This document shows positions 19,280-29,764 of a stretch of DNA of 64,000 nt, piece after piece; positions within the stretch are counted from its first letter, which is position 1, and each line of letters opens with the position of its first letter. A model generated the notes under the pieces. The model was given only the letters and a program-made list of their open reading frames with translations. It made no database searches and was not told the DNA's origin. The translations under genes and the position numbers were made by a program. The DNA is taken from positions 2,290-66,289 of the forward strand of contig JAPLZF010000009.1 in the NCBI GenBank assembly GCA_026395175.1, in the 5' to 3' direction. The DNA is from Candidatus Staskawiczbacteria bacterium (GTDB taxonomy: Bacteria > Patescibacteriota > Minisyncoccia > Minisyncoccales > Staskawiczbacteraceae).

Positions 19280-21157
19280 TTAATTTTTAACCGGTGAATC
19301 CATAAACCGGCGGTGCCACAGCTCAAAATTCAAAAGCAGCCAGAATTGGGAATCAAGTGGCTGGTTACCGCGCTGATACGATTCATAAATTTTTTCAATA
19401 TATTTATAATTGAAATATCCCCTTTCTTTGGTTTTTTTATCAAAAATAATTTCAAACAAATAATCTTTCAATTTTCCGCGAAACCAAATATTAGTAGGAA
19501 CGCTAAAACCATGCTTCTTTTTATTGATAATTTGCTTTGGCAAAAAATCTTTCATCGCTTCCTTGAAAATATATTTTGTTTCAAAGCCTTTTATCTTGTA
19601 TTTTGACGGCACAGAATTTGCAAATTCAACAAGGTTTTTGTCTAAAATCGGCGCTCTTGTCTCAAGACCAAAGGCCATGCTGGTTTTGTCGACTTTCTCC
19701 AAATAAGCATCGGGCAAAATAATTTTCTGGTCCAAATACATAATCTTGTCCAGCCAATCAGATAATTTTGATTCGGAAAAATACTGCTTATACATTTTTA
19801 AAGGATCTTCCTGTAAAGATTCTTTAAACAAATTATTTCTCATTTCATCTGAAAAAAAACTAACCCAGCTGGCGTATCTTTTCAAGTCGTCTTTTATGCC
19901 GGCTGAATTGGCAAATTTTTTGGTTTTCCTGAATCCCGGCAGGGAATTTATTGTTTTTTTCAGCAAATTATTGCCTGAAATAAAATTAAAAAATAATAAT
20001 TTCTGCCTGTTTTTTTCTGCCGCATACCTGCGGTATCCTCCAAAAATTTCGTCTCCGCCTTCTCCTGTCAGGGCAACTGTCACATTATTTTTAGCAAACT
20101 TGCTCAAGAAAAAAACAGGAAAGCCGGCGGCGTCTCCAAACGGCTCGTCAAAATGATACACAAGCGTTTCAACTGCTCCCATCAAGTCAGATTCCTTTAA
20201 AACTATTTCATTATGATCAGTCTTGAAATATTCTGCAACAATTCTTGCGTCGCTTAATTCGTTAAACTCGCGCCCCGGCAAATCAAATCCTACTGAAAAA
20301 GTTTTCAGCGGGCTGACTTTATTTTTCGCCATCATTGCCACAACAGAACTTGAATCGATTCCGCCGCTCAAAAAAACTCCCAAAGGAACATCTGATATCA
20401 AACGTTCTTTCACCGAATTTTCAAATAACTCTTTTATTCTCTGCTTGTAATATTCTTCGCCCTTATCTTTTGAATCACCGGCCGGCAAAGAATCCCAGTA
20501 TTTTTTAATATCAATTTTGCCATTTCTAAAAATAAGATAATGCGCCGGCAGAAGCTTCTTGATTCCTTTGTAAATGGTGTCGGGCGCAATAGAATGTCCG
20601 AAAGTAAAATAATTTACCAACCCTTGGTTGTCTATGGTTCTTGTTATTGATTTGTCTTGTAAAATTGCTTTTATTTCCGACGCAAAAACAAATTTATTTC
20701 CGTCAAAATAATAATATAAAGGTTTTTCTCCCATCCTGTCGCGCGCCAAAAACAAACGCTCTTTTGCCTGGTCAAAAATAGCAAAGGCAAACATTCCGTT
20801 GAATTTTTCAACGCAATTGATTCCCCATTGCTCGTAACTGCGCAGAATTACCTCCGTGTCTGTTTTTGATTTGAATTTATGGCCGTTATTTTCCAAAACT
20901 TTTCTTATTTCCTGAAAATTATATATTTCTCCGTTAAAGACAATTTGCAAAGTTTTGTCTTCGTTTGACATCGGCTGATGCCCCAAAGGAGACAAATCAA
21001 TAATAGACAATCGCCTGTGGCCCAAGCCAATGTTGTTTTTTATATAAATGCCAGAATCATCCGGACCCCTGTGGCCCAAAATATCAGTCATATTTTCCAG
21101 CAAAGAGGCATCAACTTTCTGCCCTTTATAATTGTATATTCCGGTTATTCCACACAT
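19280..21157 (-). CDS. asnB: Asparagine synthase-like glutamine amidotransferase (probably amidates a uronic acid)
   Basis: N-terminal MCGI, HRGPD, RRLSIID, NGEIYN, RDRMGEKPLYY, LSGGIDSS, LTGEGGDE.FGGY. Confidence 0.92.
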   Translation of the reverse strand: MCGITGIYNYKGQKVDASLLENMTDILGHRGPDDSGIYIKNNIGLGHRRLSIIDLSPLGHQPMSNEDKTLQIVFNGEIYNFQEIRKVLENNGHKFKSKTDTEVILRSYEQWGINCVEKFNGMFAFAIFDQAKERLFLARDRMGEKPLYYYFDGNKFVFASEIKAILQDKSITRTIDNQGLVNYFTFGHSIAPDTIYKGIKKLLPAHYLIFRNGKIDIKKYWDSLPAGDSKDKGEEYYKQRIKELFENSVKERLISDVPLGVFLSGGIDSSSVVAMMAKNKVSPLKTFSVGFDLPGREFNELSDARIVAEYFKTDHNEIVLKESDLMGAVETLVYHFDEPFGDAAGFPVFFLSKFAKNNVTVALTGEGGDEIFGGYRRYAAEKNRQKLLFFNFISGNNLLKKTINSLPGFRKTKKFANSAGIKDDLKRYASWVSFFSDEMRNNLFKESLQEDPLKMYKQYFSESKLSDWLDKIMYLDQKIILPDAYLEKVDKTSMAFGLETRAPILDKNLVEFANSVPSKYKIKGFETKYIFKEAMKDFLPKQIINKKKHGFSVPTNIWFRGKLKDYLFEIIFDKKTKERGYFNYKYIEKIYESYQRGNQPLDSQFWLLLNFELWHRRFMDSPVKN

Positions 21158-22535
21158 ATTTTTCAAATGCGTTATTGTTCAAAGCCAAAAGGCACATCAA
21201 AGCTGAAAAAACAGGCATCCGTATCCTTACAATTATGCCAAAATTATTTATAAAAAGAGAAAGCGCAGATAATGCCAGCAAAGAAAATACCAGCAATGGC
21301 AATGCTAATTTGTATGTTTTGAAAAAGTTTTTCAGTCCATTCTTTTTTATGCGCATTGCCATTCCGCGCAAAATCAGAAAAATTATAAAATACCAGGGAA
21401 TAGTTTCTAAAAGAAAAAATAAATGGCTTTTTTGCTTTAACTGCCATGGGAAAGGCCCTAAAAAAGAATAAACAAAAGATATTGCGTAATTTGTTATGAA
21501 TTTGTATTTATTGCCAAAACCAGTTTCAAGATTGAACGAAGAACTTGTCCCGGAAATTTCAGAGGCAGGGCAAGAAGAAATTTTTCCGCTTTCCGTCAAT
21601 CTTCCGTTTTCTGCGCAATTGGAATTTTCAATCGGCGCATATGCCACTTCCCTGTAATTAGTTATTGAATCTTTATTCAAAAAACTTTCCATTGGAATTG
21701 CTCCAAAATAACCGCACCCAACCAAATATGGAGAAAAACCCAGAAGAAAAATAACGGCAAATCCATAAACAATTTTTTCTTCAAATTTTAAATTCACCAG
21801 GAAAAACCAGCAGGCTACAAAAGAAAACATCAGGGCAAACCCGATATAAAAACGAAAATGTATAAGGCAGGTTAAGACGGCAAAAAACGCCAGAAATTTA
21901 AGCGCTGTAAAATCTTTCATCATTTTTATAAACAGCAGAAGCCCGGCTAAAGACAGCAAAACAACCAAGCTGTCTTTGAGCAATAAACTGCTGAAAAAAA
22001 GGAAGCTCGGATAAAATGAAAAAATCAGCAATATGAAAAAAGCGCTTTTTTTGCTGCCACCGATTTCCAAAATTATAAAATATAAAAAAATAGCGGAGAA
22101 CACGGCTATCCAAACAAGAAACAGCTGGCCGACAATCATTTTTGGCAGAGAAATCGCATAAACCAATCCTATTATCACCGGAAAATAATGGAGCAAATCT
22201 AAATCAGCCAGGTAAAAATTAAAATGCCTGAACCTTTGCGCTATTTCAACCGCGCTGTGATGGTAGCCGTCATAATCAGCTCCTCCTGAAAACGGCTGGA
22301 ATCCTGTAAGATAAATAAACAGGACAACAGACAAATGGACTAAAAAAAATAGCGAAATAATTATATATAATTCCCTGTCCTTTACGCCCAATTTGTATAA
22401 AACGCAAAAAGTTGTGGCAGTCAAAAAAATTGCTATAAGCAGACCGACCGCCAATCCCTTGTCAAAAAAAGATATGAAAAAAATCGCCAGCAAAACTATT
22501 GCCACCAGAAATAATATTTTTTTTGTGTTAATCAT
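21126..22535 (-). CDS. Polytopic membrane protein, possible Wzy polymerase / GT-C
   Basis: About 11 hydrophobic segments, GGADYDGY loop, LLKD, NNFGIIVRIR near the C-terminus; lies inside the glycan cluster. Confidence 0.5.
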   Translation of the reverse strand: MINTKKILFLVAIVLLAIFFISFFDKGLAVGLLIAIFLTATTFCVLYKLGVKDRELYIIISLFFLVHLSVVLFIYLTGFQPFSGGADYDGYHHSAVEIAQRFRHFNFYLADLDLLHYFPVIIGLVYAISLPKMIVGQLFLVWIAVFSAIFLYFIILEIGGSKKSAFFILLIFSFYPSFLFFSSLLLKDSLVVLLSLAGLLLFIKMMKDFTALKFLAFFAVLTCLIHFRFYIGFALMFSFVACWFFLVNLKFEEKIVYGFAVIFLLGFSPYLVGCGYFGAIPMESFLNKDSITNYREVAYAPIENSNCAENGRLTESGKISSCPASEISGTSSSFNLETGFGNKYKFITNYAISFVYSFLGPFPWQLKQKSHLFFLLETIPWYFIIFLILRGMAMRIKKNGLKNFFKTYKLALPLLVFSLLALSALSLFINNFGIIVRIRMPVFSALMCLLALNNNAFEKYVWNNRNIQL

Positions 22536-22540
22536 TTTTT

Positions 22541-23680
22541 TTATTTTAATAACCGATTGAAAACTTTTTCGTATTCTTTGGCGCTTTTTTCCACAGAAAA
22601 AAATTCTGCTCTTTTTCTGCCTGCGTTTGAAAACATTTTTGCCAAAGCCTTATTATTCAAAATTCTTAAAAGAGCCTCTGCCAATGCTTTTGGATTTTGA
22701 ACCGGAACTAAAATTCCGCTCTTGTTGTCTTCAATAATTTCATCGGGACCAAAAGGACATCTTGTTGAAACCACAGGAACTCCGCACGCCATTGCTTCAA
22801 CCAAAACATTTCCAAAACCCTCTGCTACAGAAGACAAAACAAAAACAGAAGATTTTTTGATATATTTATAAGGATTGCTTTGAAATCCTAAAAAATCAAC
22901 ATTTTTTGACAGCCCCAAAGTTTCAACCATTTTTTTCAGTTTTAATTCTTCCGGTCCTTCACCTAAAATAATCAGGCGGACCGATTTTTTTAAAAGCACT
23001 ATTTCAATCGCTTTAAAGAGCATCGGGTAATCTTTTTGGCTTGCCAATCTGCCGGCTGCCGCAACAACAGGAATATCATTATTTATCAGCCACTTATGGC
23101 TGACTTTTTCGTTTGACAAATTAATTAAATTATCATTGACTATCGGGTTGTAAATAACTTTTAATTTTTCAACAGGCGCAATTTTTAAAATATCCTCTGC
23201 CACTCCTTTGGAAACGCAAATTACCTGGTCGGCTTTTAAATAAAATAGCCTGATGAAAACGGGAAGGAAAAAACGCGACACGAAACTATTTAAAGGAGAG
23301 CTTGCAATTTTAGGCAGAGAAAGCAGGGCAATGTGTTCTGTAATGACGATTTTTGTTTTGGCTTTTGACAATTTTACGGCCAATATGCAGATTATATTGA
23401 AATGCGGAAAAGCAGACACTAAAATATCGGGCTGGTTATTTTTTAAATAATTTTTCAAATTTAAAAATGTCCTTAAATATCCTTTGGCGTCAAGACCGGT
23501 TATAATAACATTTTTAGGGACTTTGTCAACGAATCCCCCTTTTTTTTCCGCCAAAACTAATGAAAAGGCATAATCCTTGGCATTTAAAGAGCAGAGAAGG
23601 TTTAAAGCATTCCGCTCGGCTCCCCCGATTTCAAAAGAAGGGAAGAAAAAAGCAATAGTACGTCTTTCTTTCAGAGGCAT
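22541..23680 (-). CDS. GT4 glycosyltransferase (PglJ/WabH-like)
   Basis: GGAER, IYNP, GRLASQKDY, GFQSNPY, EGFGNVLVEAMACG, GPDEII. Confidence 0.9.
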   Translation of the reverse strand: MPLKERRTIAFFFPSFEIGGAERNALNLLCSLNAKDYAFSLVLAEKKGGFVDKVPKNVIITGLDAKGYLRTFLNLKNYLKNNQPDILVSAFPHFNIICILAVKLSKAKTKIVITEHIALLSLPKIASSPLNSFVSRFFLPVFIRLFYLKADQVICVSKGVAEDILKIAPVEKLKVIYNPIVNDNLINLSNEKVSHKWLINNDIPVVAAAGRLASQKDYPMLFKAIEIVLLKKSVRLIILGEGPEELKLKKMVETLGLSKNVDFLGFQSNPYKYIKKSSVFVLSSVAEGFGNVLVEAMACGVPVVSTRCPFGPDEIIEDNKSGILVPVQNPKALAEALLRILNNKALAKMFSNAGRKRAEFFSVEKSAKEYEKVFNRLLK

Positions 23681-23709
23681 TTTAATATAAAAATACTGCC
23701 CGAAAAGGC

Positions 23710-23738
23710 TTGCATTTATGGTTAAATTATTATATTAT
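23710..23738 (+). promoter_or_regulatory. sigma70-type promoter of the plus-strand block
   Basis: TTGCAT-N17-TATTAT upstream of the rfbF ATG at 23772. Confidence 0.55.
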
Positions 23739-23771
23739 ACTATAACTTACATAAAAGAAAAAATCAATAAA

Positions 23772-24569
23772 ATGGAGGATGAAAAACCAAAGATAAAAAC
23801 CATTATTTTGTGCGGAGGGACAGGCACCCGCTTGAAGGAGGAAACCGAGTTTAAGCCAAAGCCCATGGTAGACATAGGGGGAAAGCCGATTCTCTGGCAT
23901 ATTATGAAAATATATAACCATCACGGCTATGACAATTTTGTTTTGGCTTTGGGCTACAAGGGCAGTTATATTAAAGATTATTTTTTAAGGCAGAAATATT
24001 ACACTCACGATTTCCTTTTCAAGCAGTCCGAGGGCAAAATAACCAATTTTTTAAACAATGGCTCAGAATGCGATAATTTCAATATAATCTTTGCAGAGAC
24101 AGGGCTGGAAACTCCCCATGGAGAAAGAGTTTTAAAACTGAAAGATTACATAAATGAGGATATTTTTATGGTCACTTACGGCGACGGCATTGCTGACATT
24201 GATATCAAAAAGCTGGTAGAATTCCATAAAAGCCATGGGAAAATAGCAACTATCACAGGGGTCCATCCTGCCAATTCCAGATGGGGATTGGTAAACTCTG
24301 GGGATGATAATATGGTTACCGAATTTGCCCAAAAACCCATGCTTTATGATTATGTGAACGGCGGTTTTATGGTTTTTAACAAGGAATTTTTAAATTATTT
24401 GAAGCCGGGCGATATGATAGAAGATGCTTTAATGAGGCTGATACCTGGAAAACAGCTGGCTTTATACAAACACGAAAATTTTTGGTACGGAATGGACACA
24501 TATAAAGATTTTCTCCTTCTAAACGAACTTTGGGAAAAAGATCCGAAATGGAAAATATGGAAAACATAA
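23772..24569 (+). CDS. rfbF: Glucose-1-phosphate cytidylyltransferase
   Basis: ILCGGTGTRLKEETEFKPKPMVDIGGKPILWHIMK, ALGYKG, TYGDG, NGGF, FWYGMDT. Confidence 0.88.
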   Translation: MEDEKPKIKTIILCGGTGTRLKEETEFKPKPMVDIGGKPILWHIMKIYNHHGYDNFVLALGYKGSYIKDYFLRQKYYTHDFLFKQSEGKITNFLNNGSECDNFNIIFAETGLETPHGERVLKLKDYINEDIFMVTYGDGIADIDIKKLVEFHKSHGKIATITGVHPANSRWGLVNSGDDNMVTEFAQKPMLYDYVNGGFMVFNKEFLNYLKPGDMIEDALMRLIPGKQLALYKHENFWYGMDTYKDFLLLNELWEKDPKWKIWKT

Positions 24570-25387
24570 TTAAAAAAATAATCCGCTCATATAACGCAGG
24601 CAGAAGATATTTGTTTAAAGACACCAAATATTTATTTTTTTACATATACAGGTATTTTACTGATAATTACCATAACAAGTGCAAATTTTATACAGATGAA
24701 GAATTTGCCAATTTAATTAAAGCAGGCAAGCCTGCACTCAGATTGGGAGACGGAGAAATAAGCCTGGTGCATTTTTTGCCCACACCCAGCAACAGCCCGC
24801 AAGTTTACAGCGACGCCATAAGAAATGACTTCTTGAAAATTATCAAAAATTACAGCGACGATTCAAAATACATAATCGGAATTCCCAAAGCCGTCAATTT
24901 TACGAATGCAGAATTGAAAAAAATAAACCGCTTTGAAGTATGCCGGCAGATGAAAATCACCTACGAGATGATATTCAATAAAAACGCGAAATATTTTGAC
25001 GCGTTTGCTTTTTACAAAGACGGCGGGTTTGAAAAATTCATATTGCCGCACATAAAAAACAAAAAAGTGATAATAGCGACAAATGAAGAAAACAAGAAAA
25101 AAATAATGGATTCCAAATTGTCGTCAAAAGAATATCTTTATGTTACTTGCGGAGAAAAAAATACCTATGAAGACAGATTCAGGATGCAAAATGAGATTAT
25201 TAATATTATTGACAAAAGCGGGTTGCCGAAAGATAATTTTGCCATACTGATGTCTGCCGGGCTTTCAAAAACAATAATACATGACATGGCTGGCAAAGGA
25301 TACCAGTTAATAGACATTGGAAGGGGGCTGGAAAATTATTACGCAGGAATAAGCATCGAACACCTTCTTACGGACAAACTTTATTAA
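24548..25387 (+). CDS. GT-D fold (DUF1792/GT101-like) glycosyltransferase
   Basis: ALRLGDGEI (R.GDGE) near the N-terminus and C-terminal SAG..KT…QLIDIG, typical of DUF1792. Start uncertain (24530/24548/24557). Confidence 0.65.
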   Translation: MENMENIIKKIIRSYNAGRRYLFKDTKYLFFYIYRYFTDNYHNKCKFYTDEEFANLIKAGKPALRLGDGEISLVHFLPTPSNSPQVYSDAIRNDFLKIIKNYSDDSKYIIGIPKAVNFTNAELKKINRFEVCRQMKITYEMIFNKNAKYFDAFAFYKDGGFEKFILPHIKNKKVIIATNEENKKKIMDSKLSSKEYLYVTCGEKNTYEDRFRMQNEIINIIDKSGLPKDNFAILMSAGLSKTIIHDMAGKGYQLIDIGRGLENYYAGISIEHLLTDKLY

Positions 25388-25399
25388 TTTTCTAAAATT

Positions 25400-26461
25400 A
25401 TGGACAAAATAATAGAGCAGGACATAAAAGAAATAACAGATAGCATAAAAAAAATTGCACAAAAGTTGGAAGGAAAAACTCTTTTGGTTACCGGCGGAAC
25501 CGGATTTATCGGCAGTTATATTTTAGACGCTGTTTCTTTTCTTAATGAAAACCATTTCAAAAAACCCTGCAACTTAATATGTTTGGATAATTTAATTGTC
25601 GGAGACGAGCATAGGATATCGCGCTTGCTTGAAAAAGAATATTTCAAATTCATAAAGCATGACATTTCAAAGCCTTTTGAATATGCCGACTCTATAGATT
25701 TCATAATTCATGCCGCTTCAATTGCCTCTCCGACATTTTACCGGCTTCATCCCATAGAAACAATCGACGCCAATGTTTTGGGAACGCGCAATCTGCTGGA
25801 ACTGGGCGCAGAAAAAAAAATAAAAAGCTTCCTTTATTTCAGCTCCAGCGAAACTTATGGAGACCCGATTGAAGGAAATATTCCAACGCCGGAAACCTAT
25901 AAGGGAAACGTTTCTTTTACAGGGCCAAGGGCTTGCTACGACGAGTCGAAAAGATTGGGCGAAACGCTGTGCATTGCTTTTTTCAACCAGCGCAATGTTC
26001 CTGTTAAAATTGCCAGGCCTTTCAATGTTTACGGCCCCGGCATGAGATTGGACGACAAAAGAGTCATTCCGGATTTTATGAACAATGTCTTGCATAACGA
26101 ACCCATTATAATGTACAGCGACGGAAAAGATACAAGGTCTTTCTGTTATGCCACAGATGCGATAATCGGCTTTTTTAAAATATTATTATCAGATTTCAAC
26201 GGCGAACCGTTTAACGTTGGAAATGACGCAGAAGAAATATCAATGATAAAATTGGCAGAAACCATAAAAGAAATTTCAGGAAACAAAATTGAAATAATAA
26301 GCAGAGAAAGCAAAGACAAAAACTATTTGAAAGATAATCCGCACCGCCGTCTGCCTGATTTGGCTAAAATAAAAAAACTTTTGAATTACGAGCCGAAAAC
26401 AGATTTAAAAACTGGGCTTAAAAAAAGCATAGACTGGTATAAATTAGCCTATAACTTATGA
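25400..26461 (+). CDS. UDP-glucuronate decarboxylase-like SDR (UXS family)
   Basis: GGTGFIGS, HAASIASPTFY, SSSETYGDP, GPRACYDESKR, RPFNVYGPGM..DDKRV, TRSFCY. Confidence 0.8.
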   Translation: MDKIIEQDIKEITDSIKKIAQKLEGKTLLVTGGTGFIGSYILDAVSFLNENHFKKPCNLICLDNLIVGDEHRISRLLEKEYFKFIKHDISKPFEYADSIDFIIHAASIASPTFYRLHPIETIDANVLGTRNLLELGAEKKIKSFLYFSSSETYGDPIEGNIPTPETYKGNVSFTGPRACYDESKRLGETLCIAFFNQRNVPVKIARPFNVYGPGMRLDDKRVIPDFMNNVLHNEPIIMYSDGKDTRSFCYATDAIIGFFKILLSDFNGEPFNVGNDAEEISMIKLAETIKEISGNKIEIISRESKDKNYLKDNPHRRLPDLAKIKKLLNYEPKTDLKTGLKKSIDWYKLAYNL

Positions 26462-27837
26462 AAATATCAATCATTGGCGCAGGTTATGTGGGGTTAGTGA
26501 CAGGAGTTGGGCTTGCCTCTGTGGGACACGAGGTTTTTTGCGTTGACGTAAATGAAGAAAAAGTTAAAAAAATAAACAGCGGGATATCGCCGATTTACGA
26601 AAAAGATTTGGATAAATTGCTGAAAAAAGCGTCCAGCAAAAAATTAATATCGGCAACTTCTGATTTAAAATCTGCTGTTTTGAACAGCGACATAACTTTT
26701 ATAACCGTGCCCACGCCAAGCCAAAATGACGGCGGAATTGACCTGTCTTTCATCAAAAAAATTTCGCACCAGATAGGAATTGCCCTCCTGCAGAAAAATA
26801 AATACCATTTGATAGTTGTAAAAAGCACGGTTGTGCCAGAAACAACCCAGGACATTGTTATTCCGTTGATAGAAAAATATTCGAAAAAAAACGTCGGGCA
26901 ATTCGGCGTATGCATGAATCCGGAATTTCTCCGCGAAGGCGGAGCTGTTTATGATTTTATGAACCCCGACAGGATAGTAATAGGCCAGCTGGACAAAAAA
27001 AGCGGAGACAAATTGGCAGAGGTTTATAAGAATTTCAAGACAGACATATTGAGAACTTCTCTCAATAACGCCGAAATGATCAAATATACAAACAATGCTT
27101 TGCTGGCAACTTTGATTTCCTTTTCCAATGAAATTGCCAATATCTGCCAGCAAACTCCCGGAACCGATGCTTTTGAAGTTTTGAAAGGAGTTCATTTGGA
27201 CAAAAGATTCAATCCTATTTTAAACAACAAAAGAGTCAACCCAAACTTTTTGACTTATTTATGGCCCGGTTGCGGATTCGGCGGCAGCTGTTTTCCCAAA
27301 GACGTGAAGGCGCTGGCCGCTTTCGCAAAAAAGAAAAATTACAATCCTCTTATTTTATCGGCGGTTTTGGATGTCAATAAAAAACAGCCGTTGCAGCTTT
27401 CAAGCCTGGCTGAAAAAAATCTTGGGACATTGGAAAATAAAAAAATTGCTGTTTTGGGGCTGGCTTTCAAGCCCAACACTGACGACACCAGAGAATCTCC
27501 GGCAATTTCTTTAATAAAAGAATTAATTTCCAAAAAAGCAAAAGTTTCTGTTTATGACCCCATAGTAAATTCAAATAATATCAAATCCCCTCTTTCGGGC
27601 TTGAATTTTAAATTTGCAAATTCTTTGGATGACGCCATAAAAGGCAAAGATGCCTGCCTGTTGGTTACCAGCTGGCAAGAATTTAAGAATATAACTCCGG
27701 AACTTTTAAAAAATGGAACAAAAAATCCTTTGCTGATTGACGGACGCGGATTTTTTGACAAAAAAGAATTTGAAGGAAAAACAAATTATCTGCCGATTGG
27801 AAAAAATATAAATAAAAAAAATATCCAAACATCTTAA
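26458..27837 (+). CDS. ugd: UDP-glucose 6-dehydrogenase
   Basis: GAGYVG, VPTP, KSTV, NPEFLREG, AEMIKY, GFGGSCFPKD, GLAFKPNTDDTRES, DGR. Confidence 0.9.
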   Translation: MKISIIGAGYVGLVTGVGLASVGHEVFCVDVNEEKVKKINSGISPIYEKDLDKLLKKASSKKLISATSDLKSAVLNSDITFITVPTPSQNDGGIDLSFIKKISHQIGIALLQKNKYHLIVVKSTVVPETTQDIVIPLIEKYSKKNVGQFGVCMNPEFLREGGAVYDFMNPDRIVIGQLDKKSGDKLAEVYKNFKTDILRTSLNNAEMIKYTNNALLATLISFSNEIANICQQTPGTDAFEVLKGVHLDKRFNPILNNKRVNPNFLTYLWPGCGFGGSCFPKDVKALAAFAKKKNYNPLILSAVLDVNKKQPLQLSSLAEKNLGTLENKKIAVLGLAFKPNTDDTRESPAISLIKELISKKAKVSVYDPIVNSNNIKSPLSGLNFKFANSLDDAIKGKDACLLVTSWQEFKNITPELLKNGTKNPLLIDGRGFFDKKEFEGKTNYLPIGKNINKKNIQTS

Positions 27838-27870
27838 TTGTTTTTTAAAAAAATAAATGTATACTGAAAT

Positions 27871-27898
27871 AAAAAAAAGGCGCATTGGGTAATGCGCC
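27871..27898 (-). terminator. Intrinsic terminator of the Nudix gene
   Basis: Perfect 8-bp stem GGCGCATT-ACCC-AATGCGCC followed by T8 on the minus strand. Confidence 0.8.
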
Positions 27899-27922
27899 AC
27901 ATGCTCACCCAAATGGGTTGGG

Positions 27923-28501
27923 TTATGCACATTGAATATTTTCGGCAACGAATGCGCCGAGCGCCGCGGGAATAATCCTGCGCCGATGGCTTGCAATCGT
28001 CTTTGTAGGAAGCTGGTCCACAGGGAACCACATCCCTTTCATCTCGCTAGCTCTGCCCGCCTGAAGACAGCAAAGATAGACCAGCGAAAGGAAATGTCCC
28101 CGAGCTTCGTTGGGATTATTCACGTTGGCAACGAAACGCGCCGACTGAATCGTTCCGCCGCCGAACTCCTTGTCGACAAGGCGATTGAAGACGTCTTCGA
28201 TGTCTTCTCCTGAACGAAGAACCGAACCAGGGCAGTGCCATTCGCTGGGGTATGCGGTATCGTCAGGAGGCCGATGAGTCATATACACCTCTACGATGTT
28301 ATAGCTTGCATCATCTGTTTGAACAAGACCATGAGATGTTTCGCAACAAACTCCGACAATCTCCTTCCTCTTCAATTGAAGGCAGACCGCCTCCACCGCC
28401 ACGCTGACAGTAACCTTGGCTAGCGCATCGAATAACGCTGTGCCATAGGGCTTTGCGGGATTAATTCCCTGCAATCCCCGTATCAAATCCGACCTTCTCA
28501 T
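27923..28501 (-). CDS. Nudix hydrolase, GDP-mannose mannosyl hydrolase (Gmm/WcaH)-like degenerate Nudix box
   Basis: WHCPGSVLRSGEDIEDVFNRLVDKEFG, later GHFLSLVY and WFPVDQLP; GGAGG SD before ATG 28501; visibly GC-richer than its neighbours. Confidence 0.7.
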   Translation of the reverse strand: MRRSDLIRGLQGINPAKPYGTALFDALAKVTVSVAVEAVCLQLKRKEIVGVCCETSHGLVQTDDASYNIVEVYMTHRPPDDTAYPSEWHCPGSVLRSGEDIEDVFNRLVDKEFGGGTIQSARFVANVNNPNEARGHFLSLVYLCCLQAGRASEMKGMWFPVDQLPTKTIASHRRRIIPAALGAFVAENIQCA

Positions 28502-28572
28502 TGCTCTCCCTCCTTTCAAAAGGGTTGTACAAATTAACAAAGGACAAAACTAAACACTAATCTCACTAATAT

Positions 28573-28600
28573 ATTATATACAAAATAAAAATAATGTCAA
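28573..28600 (-). promoter_or_regulatory. Consensus sigma70 promoter for the Nudix gene
   Basis: Minus strand TTGACA-N16-TATAAT; the -35 overlaps the ATG of the plus-strand aminotransferase. Confidence 0.6.
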
Positions 28601-29760
28601 TACTTTCAAAAGTTGCGCACAACATAGAAGGCCAGCCAATGTTCAAGGTTTTGGACAAGGTCCAGAAACTGGAAAAACGCGGAGAGAATATCATTCATTT
28701 TGAAATAGGAGACCCTGATTTTGACACGCCAAAACACATAGCAGAAGCTGCCTGCCAATCCATAAAAAACGGAGAAACCCATTACGCGAATTCAATGGGG
28801 CTTTACGATATGAGAGAAGCAATAAGGGAAACAACTTTGATATCCAGAAAATTCAAGCCGTCTTTAAACCAAGTTCTTATAACGCCCGGCGCAAATATCA
28901 TAATTTATCTTGCCATTTCCTGCTTGGTAAATCCCGGCGAAGAAGTGATTGTGCCAGACCCCGGATTCCCCACTTATTATTCTGTAATAAAACTTTGCGG
29001 AGTAAAGCCAGTAAGAGTTCCGTTAAAAGAAAAAAATAAATTCAGGATGTATCCGGTAGACGTAAGAAAAGCCATTACTAAAAAAACAAAGCTTATCATC
29101 ATCAATTCTCCAAACAATCCAACCGGTTCTGTAATGACTGAAAAAGAGCTGGACGAAGTTTATAAAATTGCAAAAGACAACGGCATTTATCTGCTTTCTG
29201 ACGAAGTATATTCTAGAATGATATACGGCGAAAATAAATTTTACAGCCCTTCTAAAAATGATGCCTGCAAAAACACAACAATTGTAATAAACGGATTCAG
29301 CAAAGCATTTGCAATGACAGGCTGGAGATTGGGAGTTGCCATCGGTCCTGAAAAAGTCATTGAAAAAATGGGGCTGTTGGTGCAGACATTGTGCTCGTGC
29401 GTTTCTCCTTTTGTGCAGAGAGCAGGAATCGCCGCCATAAACGGAGACCAGTCTGAAATTAAAAAAATGATGGAAATATATAAAGAAAGAAGAGACACGC
29501 TCGTCGAAGGACTGAATAAAATTCCGGGCTTGAGCTGCCTGAAAAGCGAAGGGGCTTTTTATGTATTCTGCAACATAACAAAAACAGGCATGACTGAAGA
29601 GCAATTTGCCGATTTTGCTTTAAAAAAAGCTAAAGTCGCGCTCCTGCCCGGCACTAATTTTGGGAAATATGGAAAAGGATATGTGAGGCTTACTTATGCC
29701 ACAAGCATTGAAAATATTAAAGAAGGCCTCAAAAGGCTGGAAAAAGTTTTAAAAAAATAA
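28594..29760 (+). CDS. PLP-dependent class I/II aminotransferase (AspC-like)
   Basis: GDPDFDTP, INSPNNPTG, SDEVY, NGFSKAFAMTGWRLG, GAFY, VRLTYA. Confidence 0.9.
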   Translation: MSILSKVAHNIEGQPMFKVLDKVQKLEKRGENIIHFEIGDPDFDTPKHIAEAACQSIKNGETHYANSMGLYDMREAIRETTLISRKFKPSLNQVLITPGANIIIYLAISCLVNPGEEVIVPDPGFPTYYSVIKLCGVKPVRVPLKEKNKFRMYPVDVRKAITKKTKLIIINSPNNPTGSVMTEKELDEVYKIAKDNGIYLLSDEVYSRMIYGENKFYSPSKNDACKNTTIVINGFSKAFAMTGWRLGVAIGPEKVIEKMGLLVQTLCSCVSPFVQRAGIAAINGDQSEIKKMMEIYKERRDTLVEGLNKIPGLSCLKSEGAFYVFCNITKTGMTEEQFADFALKKAKVALLPGTNFGKYGKGYVRLTYATSIENIKEGLKRLEKVLKK

Positions 29761-29764
29761 TCAA

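Noticed and set aside
19280..21157. Housekeeping asparagine synthesis
   Set aside because: It sits among GTs and epimerases, the typical context of glycan amidotransferases.
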